From positions 4,030,001-4,094,000 of the forward strand of contig CM035354.1 in assembly GCA_020137815.1 (NCBI GenBank): a stretch of 64,000 nucleotides of DNA. The letters are read 5' to 3'. Below are positions 1 through 50,199 of this stretch, in pieces (within the stretch, counting starts at the first letter, position 1; each line of letters opens with the position of its first letter). This DNA is from Hormiphora californensis. Taxonomy: Eukaryota > Animalia > Ctenophora. The translations under genes were made by a program, and so were the position numbers. The notes under the pieces are model-generated. The model ran no database searches and was not told the origin of the DNA. It was given only the letters and a program-made list of their open reading frames with translations.

Positions 1-295
1 GGAACAAAGTCAGGATCAGTGTTAATCACCTGACACATAATGTCTTGCTGTTACAAATGTAAAGGAGGGTTAGAACATAACAAGACACAGATGTGTGAGC
101 TGTAATGATGTAGTGTGGTTGATTATCTGCAGGATGCAGTGACTTCTTTTGGATTTTCTGGTGGTTGATTTGTGGAAAGGGCGTGAGTTGCTCTGCCGAA
201 GTCTCATACAGCATACTCGCTCTGTGATGTCATTTAATAAAATAAAGTGGAGTGAGACCTACTGCAGCAGCACAATGCGTGAGAGTGTGGTACAA

Positions 296-1733
296 TTACC
301 GTTCGAAGCCCCGAATGGCCCTGATTGGGAAATGTTCCAGTTGTCTCTTCCTACGGAGAAGCTGTGATCTAGCCCTGAGGGCCTCCTCGTTGTGATAAAA
401 CAGGGCAACCACCGGGCTTGTTCTACTGGGCCTCCTGCAAGATATTATTGAAAACTGTAAGACTGGGAAAGTACAATGGTATTAGCATAGTGAAAGAATG
501 GGGGATGTGAATTCTGAACTGCAATGCCTCGTTAATACTAACCGGAACAGGTAGAAGATATCTCTGATGAGGTTTACTCTGAGAGGTACATCAACTGCCG
601 TTGCAAGTCCGGCCACAAGTTGTTTCAGACGGCTCGGGGACAGCTGAGTGGGGACGTTGATGATAAGGATTCTGTCGTACAACTTATCTTGTCTCCTTCC
701 ATCCTCCTCCCACTCTAGTTTCGCTATTCGCTCCTGGAAAATACAGGGGTTATCGAGTTGGTAGCACAGTATACCTACCCGTGGCTGGAGTGTGAAGTAT
801 AGGGATTCTATGAGGGGATACTAAGGCTTGGAATGGTATGGGAAACATGTGATCATCTGTCAAAACGAAGAAGGACGTGAGTAATGAATGTGATCACATT
901 GGGTGAAATAACGGTGAGCTTTCAAAATAAGTGTGATCACACTTCAGGGTGAAATAATTAAATAGTGATCTGTCAGGTGAAATGTGATCAGTGTGTGATC
1001 ACACTGGGTGTTTGTTACCATGCAGATTCTGTTGTTGACACTATTCTCCTCTGAGCTCTCCTGCCACTCACTAATACTCTCCATTATACCCTTGAAGAGA
1101 GCATCCAGTGCGGAATCAGTATACTGGCTCACAGCAACCTCACTACCCGTCAGGTGGGTCTCACTAGGGAGGTCTCTATCCCAACCCTGCCAGTCGTTAT
1201 CAGCCCACGGATTATTGTCTTCAATGTCACCCCAGGCATTGTCACTGTGGTTAGGACCCCATTCGGGCGGTGTTGCCACCCCCACCAGTGCATCAAGGTC
1301 TTCCACCCGCAGCGCTCCTTGGGTCAACCCTGCTGCCTCCAAACTCGCTGTACTGGGACCTGCAGCAGCGTTAATCGGGGCAGACTGCACCCTTCTACGG
1401 TTCTCACTGCTTGCATCATGAACGGATGATCTGGTCTCATTTCTGGGATCATGGACGGATGATCTGGTTTCACTAACGTGGTCGGGTATTGAGCTTAGAT
1501 TGGAAGTGATGGAAACCGTATCATCTCCAATAACTACAACACTGCTGCCAATACTACTTGTATCATCTTGTTGGGCTACAATTGGGGGAGTTTACTTCTG
1601 GTTAGACACCATGGTTACCATGATGGTTACCATAATGGTTACCATAATGGTTACCATGGTTACATAAAACAACAACTAAACTGACTAAACTACCGGCGAT
1701 CAGGTTCTTACTAAATTGCGCTCTTTCCGACAT
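296..1733 (-). CDS. Four-exon gene, ~302 aa. Acidic/Ser-rich N-terminus plus a C-terminal region resembling the LINE ORF1p coiled-coil/RRM module
   Basis: Exons 1712-1733, 1019-1575, 543-733 and 296-434 are all GT-AG and phase-consistent (MSERAQFT...ERIAKLEWEEDGRRQDKLYDRILIINVPTQ...SPVVALFYHNEEALRARSQLLRRKRQL...FER*). The 3' end could instead splice onward at the GT at 299. Confidence 0.65.
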
Positions 1734-2716
1734 TCTCTCTGATTTTCTTTGAAACAAAATGTATCTTTTCACAACTTTGGTGGCTTTCTCTGACTCTCGA
1801 AGCAATACAACAATTTAGGAAATGAATTAGTTAAGCTGTGATACAACGAGTATAGCTAGCTATCTCTCATGTGAAACAGCAGTGTGACAAACTACTGACT
1901 TTCACTGCCATAAGCAGGTCACAATCCCACACACATGTATTGATCTACAGCTGGGTGACGACTAGTCACTGGCGAGGTCATCACTCATCATGATTATATT
2001 CACTGTCATCTCCGCCCGTATGACACACGTTTTGTCAGCGTAGTGTCACTGATTTAATCGATATACACTGAAGGTGAAATAATTGGTGAACTTTATTTCG
2101 AAAAGTTTCAATTGAATTTCACATCAGCCATGAAGGTATTGCCCCCTAGATTACTATCAGTATCACCTCGGCCTATCACTGTCCTATCCACCAGCCTACC
2201 ACCGGATTATCACCGGTCTAAAAGAAATTTTTAACATGCCACTTCCAGGAAGCTCAGCTTGTTATTCGAATATAGAAAGACCTTGTAAGTGCTCAATATG
2301 AATTGTTACAATCAGAAAGTTGTAGCCAGGCTTTATTTCAAGAACGCATACCTACCTTTTGGCAAATTCCAGGGACTTCCATTATGTGTAGAAGCTACAA
2401 AACTACACACGTATTCCCTTCTCATGTACTTGTGATGTATAATATATGTGTGCTATGCTAATATATGATCCATATTTTACAGCACACGTCTTCTCACCAT
2501 GATATCCAAACGGATAGTTATTCCATATTTGGTTTGAATATGTTTACCCGATAATTAGAATGTTCCCTGATGTTGTAATTACATGTGTCTCATGTACGTC
2601 TGATGACACGTGGACAACATAAAGTAATTCCTTACTGCTAGTTCCCCCCTAGATATAGGCATGTGTTGAAATGTGCTTTATGCTACGGCTGTTTCTTCTT
2701 CATATTGTGCTACACA

Positions 2717-18814
<16,098 letters not shown>

Positions 18815-18854
18815 ACAATATGAGGCAACCACAACTCGATATTAGACCACTTTA

Positions 18855-18982
18855 GGATGTTTGATGTTCAAGATTTCTGATCCAGGATGTTTAATGTTCA
18901 AGATTTCTGATCCAGGATGTTTGATGTTCAAGATTTCTGATCCAGGATGTTTGATGTTCAAGAATTCTGATCCAGGATGTTT
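18855..18982. repeat. ~4 x 30-nt tandem repeat in the GPCR 3' UTR
   Basis: Unit GGATGTTTGATGTTCAAGATTTCTGATCCA. Confidence 0.85.
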
Positions 18983-19799
18983 CATGATGACGTAATGATG
19001 CGAAAAGATAAACAGTTTTTGTATGTTTTTAACCGCATGAACTCTGTCAGAGCATTGGATTTAGCCTGACAGCATGAACTGGTACAAATAATTAGAAATG
19101 GACAAGTTTTGGGCCGTCTCTGTCGATACTCGTTAGAAAAAGAAAAAGACTTTAAGTGCAATTAGAACTACGGACTTTAAACCTGAGAACTGAGAAGTTT
19201 TGAAATGGACAACAATTTAATTTAATTGAAGACAATTTATTGTTAAATCTTGTTAAAATTTATTTGTTCAAGCTTTAAAAATCTCGTTTAACTTCCTCTG
19301 TCTGGCTGAAAATTGTTATCTTGGCTCCCCTTCAGTATGCTTATAGCCTTATACTGTCATGGTGAGTTATAAAACCGAGGTCAGCAATCGATTTTGATTG
19401 GCTAATTTTCTACACGCGCAAATGGTACGCCGCGCATTTCGTGAAGAATTTGGCGCGCGCGAGAAATCTATCTAAAAAACGTGTGTGATCTGAAATCCAA
19501 AAATGTTCAAATTTTTTCCGCGTTCGTTTTTGAAAACTCAAAAAATGCTGCCTTAACGTTTAACCCACACTTCAACGTATAAAAACGTTGGTTTTGACTC
19601 ACCTGCAGCCCCTAGAACCTGCTTGTGGGGGATCCATCTCCTATAATACCCCACACCTGACACCCCTAGCCTCTGTCACCAAGGGACTTGCTGCCTGCTG
19701 GGTCGATACGAAGGTCCAGCGCCGTCCCTGCAGATTACTAAGTACTCTTAAATTTTTCAGATTAGGTTATTTGTTATGTGATTAGGAAACTCAGTACGA

Positions 19800-31144
<11,345 letters not shown>

Positions 31145-32889
31145 GCCAGCAAGTTGAGTGTGAGTGAGATTGCAAGTCGTCCTTTTTTCAGCGTGTGTGC
31201 GTGAGGGCGTGTGTTTGTGTGTGACTACTATTGGCCAATCACTTAGCCCTCGATGAATTATTAATGGTACTGCAACTGCATGCTGGATCAGATATGAAAA
31301 TTAGTGGCACAATTAATACTGTTTTTCCACAGAATACGGTACAGGCGGTCAGACCAGCATTTGGTTATAACAAAGTGATAACCTGGAGGAGATGGTAACC
31401 ATGGTAACGATGTGTGGTATCCATGGTAACGATGTGTGGTATCCATGGTAACTAGGAGTGGTAACCATGGTAACGAAGTGAGGAGAAATACTGCCAGGGT
31501 TGATAAGAAATAGGAGTATTGTTCTGCTGGGTTGGAAATGTGAAACAAAATGATCGAATTAACTAGAATTAGTAGAGACACATGATTTGTAACTAGAAAC
31601 ACTCGGAGTGAGTTGTAGACATTTAACTCAACATTATACACGACATGAAAGAGAGAGACCCTGCATTATCGACAATATTATATTTTATTGATTTTCCATT
31701 GACTCATCATTCTTATACCACCTGCTCTAGTATTGTGTTCCGAGTTTATAGATACAATACAACACTGTAAAAAGCCGCGTGCAATTTAATTAATTTTCAC
31801 CGTTATATATACTATATATTATTGTATTGCTATCTATTTATTTCTACAATATTGTATTCGTTTCAAAAATATATGTTTCTTAAATCAACCGTAATCCACT
31901 TTTACCCAGTTTTTGTCTCACTTTCTTCCTCTCACATACTACTGTTTTTAACCAAATTTCCCCATTAATAGTGTAATGGAGTGGATGATCTGGTATGAGG
32001 AAACGTGACTGAGTGACTGACTCTCCAACGGTAAGAGCATGACGAATTATATCTACTCGATTTTTACCCTATTTTCATTGTAAATGTTTGTGATTTCAAG
32101 AGTTTCTCATATCATACGCCACATGATTGACATCTGTTTGGTGTATTTCTGGTAGATCTGACCTACAGGCTACAGTCCCGCCCTTTCGCTCAAGTTGCTA
32201 GTGCATATGGGGCCACTCTGCACGATTCAGGGACACACAGTGTTTAGCTTACCATGAAGTGTCTAGTTTGAGTCAGTCGTGTGTGTACAGCTGTGGGTGG
32301 CCTAGAACGTTATTACCTAACATTTTAGTCTACTTTTGGACGTGCTTCTCCCCTCTGCAGCAGCATCACTTTTCCTTTCACCACTCAACACTACTCGTAT
32401 AATAGTCCTTGAGAGAGAGAGAGAGAGGGAAAGAGAGAAGAGAGAGAGGAAGAGGGGAGAGAGAAGAAATAGTTAGAGTTGAGAAGACAGATGGAAGGAT
32501 ATAGAACGAAAAGGAGTGTTAAGGTTTAGGGGAGATGCAGTACAAGGTGTATTCTAAACGAGAGTTCTGTGGGCACTATATTTCAATTATTGTGCTGGGT
32601 TACACAAGACCTCTGTTTTTTACTACTCCATCTGAGACTGAAAGTGGTTGTATTTGAAGTTCCATAAGATATTCGCTTTAGATCTTTTAAACGTTTATCT
32701 GTACGAAGCCCACTGTTTGTAAAGATCCAAAATGAACACTCGGTACGTGGTGTAAACCCGGATACAATTTTTAGGTTTCCGGTTCAGGTCGCGGACGTTC
32801 AGTGCGTTAATATTTCACTATTTCTCTCTCACCAGCGTGTACTGTGTACGCCGTACGGATGTTGCACAAAAACCACTCATGCGTCCTTC

Positions 32890-32935
<46 letters not shown>

Positions 32936-33027
32936 CCTCTCCTCCTCCTCTCTCTCTCGTGCTCTCGCTCTATCTCTCTATCTCTGTCTTCTCTCCTCTC
33001 TCTCTTCTCCTCCTCACTCCTCTCTCG

Positions 33028-33129
<102 letters not shown>

Positions 33130-35833
33130 ATTACCACGTCCCTGGTGTGTCGGCAGCAGGGCGGCTCGGGAGCGGAAACTGTGCAGCATGCAGCTGACCG
33201 GCATAATCTCATTTAGGGGTTTTTGTTACCCTTCCTATCCGGCATTTGTTGATTTCTGCATTTCGTAGCTCCCGTGCAGACAGTTGTTGTTGTTGTCCAC
33301 TCAGATGTGTGGTGTGTCTGGCAGTGAAATGTGAATAATGCAGAACATGTGCTTTCTAGAGCTGGAGAGAGAGAGAGAGAGTGAGAGAAATTAGAGAGCC
33401 GGATAAAGAGAGATCAGAGAATGTTGCTTTCTAAAGAAGAGAGAGAGCTGGACTGAGTGAGAGTTCCTCACTGTTTACGTACAACTTCCAAAATGCACAC
33501 AGCTGGTATATACAGCTTGTTTACCCTGTTCTTCCTCCTGCACCTCCCTGTTGTATAAGTGCTACATGTTTTGCACATGTGCAGTAGGGTGTTAGCGGTA
33601 TATTATTCGAACTTTTCTCTCTCTCTCTCTCTCTCTCTCCCTCTCTCTCTCACCTTCTCACTTAGCTCGATATGTGCATTTTAGCAGGGCTTCACGTACA
33701 CAGTTTGCAGCTAGCTTTCATTTGCTTCGCCTAATCCTTTTTTAATAGCTCCAGGGTTGAACGAGTCAATTTCTTCCTCATATCATTATCAGGCTCTCCA
33801 TCTATCTCTCCATCTATCTATTTATCTATCTATCTCTCTCAATGCCGCTCTTTATTCTACACCAGCTCATTGGTTAGCTAACTGCAGATGACAACAGATA
33901 GTGTACTATAATTACATGTATTATCTATTGGCTGCTTTCTCTCTCTCTCTCGCTGTCTATCTTTCTATTTTTCATTCTCTATCTCCCTTTCCTTATTGTT
34001 CTCGTCTGTTCAGGCCTTGTTTCTATACTGCCAAATTGCTTTTGGCACAACACTTCCATCCTGATCCAGGCAAACCCAAAACTGCGTTGCAACACACAGC
34101 TACTTAGGTACTTATTTGGTACTCTTATAGAGAGCTATTTTAAAAACTGCCACAAATTCCCCAACCTTCTAATCGGATTTCCTAATTTCTTCCATTGTTC
34201 AACTCTATTGTTGCTTCCATTTTACAAAAACACAATACAGAGCCTGGTAACCAAGTTATATATTGTGTAGTGTAAAACTAACAGTAACACTGTGAAACAC
34301 AGAACAATGACATTTACCGATTACCGCCATTTGGTTCGTGGTGAAAATATGTTTGTACGTGATGCTTTTTCCCATGCTGTTGTACTCAATGAACCCATCT
34401 TGAAAACGCTCAACCGCTTATTCAAAAGTTTTATATATTCCTTTCATTGGAACTGATTACGGTTAATTAGCAAGTGCGGCACAATTCCAATTTGAGCAGC
34501 ATCCAATATATTGAACATGCCACCCCTGGAACATTCATGGAAGACCTCAGCATATAGTATGAGATGAAGGCCCCCCCTCTCTCTTAGTGTTACAATTAAC
34601 TGTTTCACCACAAGTATAAATAATTCCTAGATAGTTCAGCTCTCCGAAACACATACACCGCCGCCGACACCTGTTATAAGGGGGACACATACACCGAATT
34701 GTTGGGTTTGTGCCAATTTTCTGAGAGAGAACCGTGGTTCTGTATTGTGGTAGAGAACTGGGAGAGAGAACTGGGAGGGAGATGGAGAGAGGTTGAGAAC
34801 TGGGAGGGAGATGGAGAGAGGTTGAGAACTGGGAGAGAGATGGAGAGTAGGCTGAGAAATCGAGTACTGGTAGAATGCTCAATTGGCAGTGAAGGAACGA
34901 AGTGAGGAGTGAGACGGCCACACGACTTCAGGAGAAAAGTGAGACTGAGTTGAACAGTTGTCTGAGTTCTCGTACGTGACAATTATTGTCCAGGAGATAA
35001 AATCAGTAGAGTTCAGCGAGACCAGTAGAAAGAGATCTAAAGTACGTGTACACTAGTGTCAGTTTCTATTGACTTGTTGACATGTGTAGAACCCATCTCG
35101 ACATTGAGTCGCTTGACACACTGCCTCTCTTTCAACCTCTCGTGAACAATTCAAGTAATTCGTCTGCCACTGCTTTCTGTTTCGTACTTGCTGTTTCGTA
35201 CGTTGTAATTCAGCAAGCAAGTTCGTAATATTATGTATGTATTTTATGTATTTTGAGTAGTGAGGGGTTGTGGATTGTGTCTCATTAGTTCGCGTAGGCC
35301 TAATTATAGTGAGTGGGTGGCTGTTTTCAATAACTAGGGATTCAGCCCTTCACTTGGTGTCAATTGAGAGCTGCTAGCAGTCACAGCTACTAGAGCCTAG
35401 CAGTAGCTGTGTTAAGTATATTGTCGGATTGCTCCTGAATACGTGTACAGTAGCTCAGCTGTAAGTGCATCACTATTCCAATACAACACATGTGTAATTT
35501 AGCTTGCGAACGGCCCTGTTCTACTGATAACTAATAATGTGTAGTACTAGATCGCCGATCTATTGTTAATGCTTGTGAGCTCTTTCAAGGCAGCTCTCTT
35601 TAGATTTATTGTTGCATCTTCGCTGATTGTGATTTAGGATTGGTAGCATTGTTAGCGTTCGCTCTGTAAAATCAACTATTGATAAAGTCTGGTAAAACTG
35701 GCTCGGCTCCACTATTGAAACTTTTTTCAACTCCCAATTGATTCCCTGGCTTGTTCATTTTCCCTTTTGCAATTTCCCTTCCTTACCTCCCATACTACCT
35801 CTAGGGTATGAAGAAGAAGTGTAAGGGGTGATA

Positions 35834-35944
35834 ATGAGTACGGACTATCAGATTCGACCATTGATTCCTGGGGATATTGCTGAGCTGAAAGCCCTTCACG
35901 CACAGGTACAATGATCTGCATTTAGTAAGGTTTTACAGACAGAA

Positions 35945-36043
<99 letters not shown>

Positions 36044-39000
36044 CAGACAGACAGACAGACAACTATATAATACATATTCGTATACCTGAAATCTCGTTAT
36101 CACAGCCGCTGCTTGTTCATGGTACGCTTCACTGGACATTGTGCGCTTCACTGTATTGTTGTGTATTGTTCGGTATAAAAACAGTGGCCGCTATGGAGCT
36201 GTTATAAGTGAATAATACCATTTCAATGTACATACTTATGTGCGGGCAGTCATGCAGGAAGTGTATAATAGGAGGGACACTTTTTCTGAGAATAAAAATG
36301 TGTTTTAAGCATTGTGAAACAGTCATGTTCTATCGTGTAAAAACATTGATGATAGATGAGGCGGCCTTAATAATAAGACTAGGACTGACCGTGACTACGA
36401 ATAACAACTCAACCCAAGATTTTAGGAACATTTTCCATGACATCTCCCCAATATCCCTAACATCTCCCCAATATCCCTAACATCTCCCCAATATCCCTAA
36501 CATCTCCCCAATATCCCTAACATCTCCCCAATATCCCTAACATCTCCCCAATATCCCTAACATCTCCCCAATATCCCTAACATCTCCCCAATATCCCTAA
36601 CATCTCCCCAATATCCCTAACATCTCCCCAATATCCCTAACATCTCCCCAATATCCCTAACATCTCCCCAATATCCCTAACATCTCCCCAATATCCCTAA
36701 CATCTCCCCAATATCCCTAACATCTCCCCAATATCCCTAACATCTCCCCAATATCCCTAACATCTCCCCAATATCCCTAACATCTCCCCAATATCCCTAA
36801 CATCTCCCCAATATCCCTAACATCTCCCCAATATCCCTAACATCTCCCCAATATCCCTAACATCTCCCCAATATCCCTAACATCTCCCCAATATCCCTAA
36901 CATCTCCCCAATATCCCTAACATCTCCCCAATATCCCTAACATCTCCCCAATATCCCTAACATCTCCCCAATATCCCTAACATCTCCCCAATATCCCTAA
37001 CATCTCCCCAATATCCCTAACATCTCCCCAATAGTCTCCCTAACATCTCCCCAATATCCCTAACATCTCCCCAATATCCCTAACATCTCCCCAATATCCC
37101 TAACATCTCCCCCAATTGTTTCCCTAACATCTCCCCAATATCCCTAACATCTCCCCAATATCCCTAACATCTCTCCAATATCCCTAACATCTCCCCAATA
37201 TCCCTAACATCTCCCCAATATCCCTAACATCTCCCCAATATCCCTAACATCTCCCCAATATCCCTAACATCTCCCCAATATCCCTAACATCTCCCCAATA
37301 TCACTAACATCTCCCCAATATCCCTAACATCTCCCCAATATCCCTAACATCTCCCCAATATCCCTAACATCTCCCCAATATCCCTAACATCTTACATCTC
37401 TCCAATATCCCTAACATCTCCCCAATATCCCTAACATCACCCCAATAGTTTCCCTAACATCTCCCCAATAGTTTCCCTAACATCTCCCCAATAGTTTCCC
37501 TAACATCTCCCCAATATTCCTAACATCTCCCCAATATCCCTAACATCTCCCCAATATCCCTAACATCTCCCTAATAGTCTCCCTAACATCTCCCCAATAT
37601 CCCTAACATCTCCCCAATATCCCTAACATCTCCCCATCTACCTTCAGTGGTTTCCAGTGGAATACCCCAATAGCTGGTACTATGATATCACCACTGATAC
37701 GGACCGATATCTGACCCTGGCAGCGGTGAAACATGACACCATCATCGGTCTAGTGGTCACAGAGGTACGTAACAAGTGTATCAAATCCTGGATCATGACT
37801 CAGTGGTTCGGTCAAGAGAGGGACAAAACATGTTATAATCTCACAAGTTAGGCGTAGTGAACCTTTTTCCGAAGAGATTTCCAGTTAACATTATACCAGC
37901 TACCTACATATATAATCATACTACTTACTAAGCAAATTGTGTGACACATGTCACCTAGCAACTACACTTCACGTGCAATTATTAGAGGGACCTGGGAGAG
38001 AGATCTTTCCCGTTGCAGTTGGGTACCAAGGGAAAATTCAATTCTGCACGTGCATTCTTTTACTTCTGTCCTGAATATTTCTAGCTCTTCCACTCCAAGC
38101 GCTATTAGGCAACGTTAATCTAGGTCCAGGAGAACTGCTGCTGTCAGGGAGCAGGCTAGAGAATATGACAGATTACGCCAACGTGTTCAAGCGAGCCAAT
38201 CAACGACTACTGATAGCTTTACCCAACGTCGCCCAAGGGTGATTACTCCAGTCGAATATAGAAATCTCCGAATCGGCTACTTAACGGCCAAGTTTTCACG
38301 TGATGAGTTTCTGGAACAGCACTGCACCTCCAGCTGACATTGATCTCTTAAATTCGCACCTTGACATTGTCAGGAAGCCCAGAGCGTACAACAACATGGG
38401 TAGGGAGAAAGTGAGAGATAGGCTAGGAACGGATGGTGCAGGTGATGTCAGCGTTCCCTAATCAAGCTACCATTCCCCCGAAATTCGCCCGAAGGGCGAA
38501 CGGGCCTACTAGTATATATAATAACAAATCATATCCTCATCCTCCTGCAGTTACGTCAGAGTAAGTCGTGTACCCCTGACGAGATAGCCCTGCTAGATAG
38601 AGCCCAACTAAAGGATAGCATCCTGACATATATCATGACGCTGGGAGTGAGGAAGGAATATCGGAGACAGGGTAGGTACTGCAGGGAAACATGACATGGT
38701 TTATCGGGAAAGTCCCGTTAGGAAACGGCAGTTTCTAAATGTAGCGTAACTGAAACATCAACCGTGTTTTTTGTTGATTGACTGTGTTTCAGACTAGAAT
38801 TCTCCCAATTCTAACTTCTACCCCCTCTCTCTCACCAGGCATTGCATCAGTTCTAATGAAGGAGGTTCTGGCGCGATTAAAATCCTACCCCGACGTGAAA
38901 GGGGTCTACCTACACGTGCTCGCCTCCAACAAGTGTGCCATCAAGTTTTACGAAGTTCTTGGTTTTGGGTGTTACGAGTTTATCCCTCATTACTACACAA

Positions 39001-39521
39001 TAATGGGACATTTTCAGAATGCTTACTGTTACATCCTCTACTTGAATGATGGTCAACCTCCCCCATCACCCATACGGGTAGGTGTTGCTACACTAGTGTG
39101 TTTTTTTATGTGTGTTTGTTTGTTTGTTTGTTTGTTTGTTTGTCTGTTTGTTTGTCTGTTTGTTTGTTTGTGACTTGTGACTTGTGACTTGTGACTTGTG
39201 AGTGCTGCGCCTGAAAGATGGCCAACCTCTCCCAATTTGGTCTTAGTTTTTTATGTTTCTCCTACCAATTGTAAAGTGTTTTCAATATGGTACACTATTC
39301 ACTATGTTTACTGTTGTGCCTATCAGTGTCTAACAGTCGCTACAATAAACAACTTCGCTTTTACAGTCGTCAATTAATTGTAGGGTGAGGTATACCAAAT
39401 ACTGTTAGGTTTCCTTCAGTGTTATTAACCTACTTGTGGTTCTTGGTGTTTGTCTGTGTGTTGGTGTGTGTCGGCGTACAACCGTCACACATACCTCATT
39501 GTCACTTTCTAGTTCTCGCCA

Positions 39522-39601
<80 letters not shown>

Positions 39602-39740
39602 CCCCATCTCTCTATTTACCTAACTCTCACCTCAGGTCATAATTAACGGCTTGCGAAGTGTAATGAGTTACGTGTATACCATGTGGGTTTACTTCTACGT
39701 TGCTACCAAGTCCAAAATACGGAACTATCAGCTCACATGA
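35834..39740 (+). CDS. NAA60: N-alpha-acetyltransferase 60 (NatF), 217 aa
   Basis: Exons 35834-35905, 37648-37764, 38551-38671, 38839-39077 and 39636-39740. Motifs: WFPVEYPNSWYYDIT, YIMTLGVRKEYRRQGIAS, VYLHVLASNKCAIKFYE, PHYYTI, YILYLNDG, plus a hydrophobic C-tail. Confidence 0.9.
35936..36060. repeat. (CAGA)n tetranucleotide microsatellite
   Basis: Directly visible. Confidence 0.9.
36441..37636. repeat. ~60 x 20-nt minisatellite (CATCTCCCCAATATCCCTAA)n in NAA60 intron 1
   Basis: Near-perfect tandem array ending ~10 nt before the acceptor at 37646-37647. Confidence 0.95.
37916..38512 (+). mobile_element. Non-autonomous Helitron (deletion derivative) in NAA60 intron 2
   Basis: 5' A|TC start, subterminal hairpin TTCGCCC-GAA-GGGCGAA, and 3' CTAG|T. 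Internal fragment PPADIDLLNSHLDIVRKPRAYNNM resembles the RepHel N-terminal RAYNN region. Confidence 0.75.
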
Positions 39741-40752
39741 CGAAGCAGGAAGGACTGACTGTGACAAACAACATGTCATGGGGAACAACACCTTCATCGT
39801 ATCATAGCAGAATTATCGGAACAAGCAGATAGTATCTCTCTCGCTGTATAGAAGAAGTATATGTGTGGATTCTAGCTGGGATCAGATGGGTGTTAGTAGG
39901 AGCTGACCGTGATGTTCTTCTCACGAGACATCAATCCTGCAACTGTGGTTAATATTTTATATCAGAACTCGGGGAAAAGACTATTTTAAGCCGGGGAAGG
40001 GGTGAATTTATCTGTTTACAGAATGGTGGAATACTTTGTGTTGGACTTGGAAGGAGAAAATAATTCCCCTCTATTTTAGTCGGTACCATATGATATATAT
40101 TTTAACAGCGGTAATATTTTATTTATTAATGTTTTACCATATCCTATATACATATCTTAATTGTAATTGGGCAATTATTAATGGTGGGGGAATGATTATT
40201 AAAATTTCATCAGTAGTCTATTTTCAAAATTCAACATGAGAATCGATATAAACAATATTTTCAGTTTCTTTTAGAATTATTGATAATGAATGTCAATCAA
40301 GGAAAATGCAGCCCATTACTAGATGATTATAATTACAGTACTAATTACACATATTATTACAAATATATGGGTTAGAGTGATTATATAATTTCCTGTTAAC
40401 TTTATAATATTCTCAATTAATTGTCGAGACTCGGCCAAAGTCAAGTTAACGAGTTATAGTTTTCACATTAATTATTTAAATTTCATCAAACGTATTTACA
40501 CAGAAAAACGATCACCAGGATCTAAAGATATTCCTGAATTAATTTCACCTAAGCTACCACCTGTACTACACAATGTTCCTGACATGTTCCTTTCATCTAC
40601 ATCTATCTTTCTCTCACTGAGAGTCTCAGTAACTGACTCCGTCAAACTCCCCCCCCCCCCCCCCATTTCTAGCATATCTTCTCCATTCCATTCAAACCCC
40701 TCCCTATGTCCCTAGTTATGTTACCAAGCCGATCCAAGCTTCATCCCATCAT

Positions 40753-49105
<8,353 letters not shown>

Positions 49106-49231
49106 GTTGGCAGTTGGACTTGGTAGAGCTAGGTTGCAATACTGATCAACTACAAACCATCTACATGGTACACAAATTAAACAAAACTATACACACTGAG
49201 TACCCATACACTCTCTCTCCCTTTCTCTCTT

Positions 49232-49264
<33 letters not shown>

Positions 49265-50199
49265 TTCCCTCTCTCTATATCTTACTCTGCTGGCTTGTCT
49301 TGGGGATGGGATAGAAAAGTCTTCATATTATAATTGACACATACCTGGCACAGATATCAGACCTGATAGTAGGTTTTGGGTGGGTAGGTTCATAACGGCC
49401 ACGGTTCTATTTCCCCAAATTTTACAGCCTGACTACTTCAACAGTGACCAACCCAGTCACAAGCCAGGTCCTGAGTGCCCATTGGGCACTCTCTTGACCA
49501 TTGCATGTCCCTATTCTCATTTCGAGAACCGTGGTCAGAGTATTGGCCGGCAAACTTGATTGTAATTGACCCTATGAGATGAGAACTGCTAGAAGTTTTC
49601 TCATGGATCACATGGGATCTTATTGATTACAACCGGAAAATGAGAGAGGAAGAGAGAGAGATAGAGAGAAAGAGAGAGAGAGAGAGAGCCATGAGACATT
49701 GTGACATATTGTGGAAACAGCTTGGGTCTAATCTAGATTGTTCAGGGCGATTCTCACAAGCTGGCCTTCACATTTAATTATCCGACCCATCACAGATCAA
49801 TCCAGATAAACATCATTAATTCTGTCATCTGGTTTCTGCCATCACTCTGGTCAAGTTAGCCAGATATTGAGCAGATATTTCTGTCCGGCCATCTCCGATC
49901 TCTGGCCAATATGGTAGCCACACCGGCCACACATTAGTTCGGCACACTTCTCTCCTGTAAGACCTCTCTCGCAGTCTATACTGGGGGAGGGGGACTGGGG
50001 GAGTGTGATGTGTGGCACGGGGCTGACAGGAGCCACCCCGAACCCCGGAAGACGCGAACTTGATGTCATTTTGATACTCTGTCCCGGCCGCTGTCACCTT
50101 TTGTTTCCACAGCGTGTCTCTGTTTAGTTTGCACATTCCAAGCCAGAGAGAGGGAGGGAAAGAGAGCTTTACCCGGCCGCGTATAGACCTTACTGCTGA

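Noticed and set aside
36441-37636. CRISPR array or interstitial telomere
   Set aside because: There are no unique spacers and the context is eukaryotic. CCCTAA occurs only once per 20-nt unit rather than as a (TTAGGG)n tract.
49825-50136. Cys-containing minus-strand ORFs upstream of TMBIM
   Set aside because: They have non-ATG starts, no recognisable domain and no convincing splice chain.
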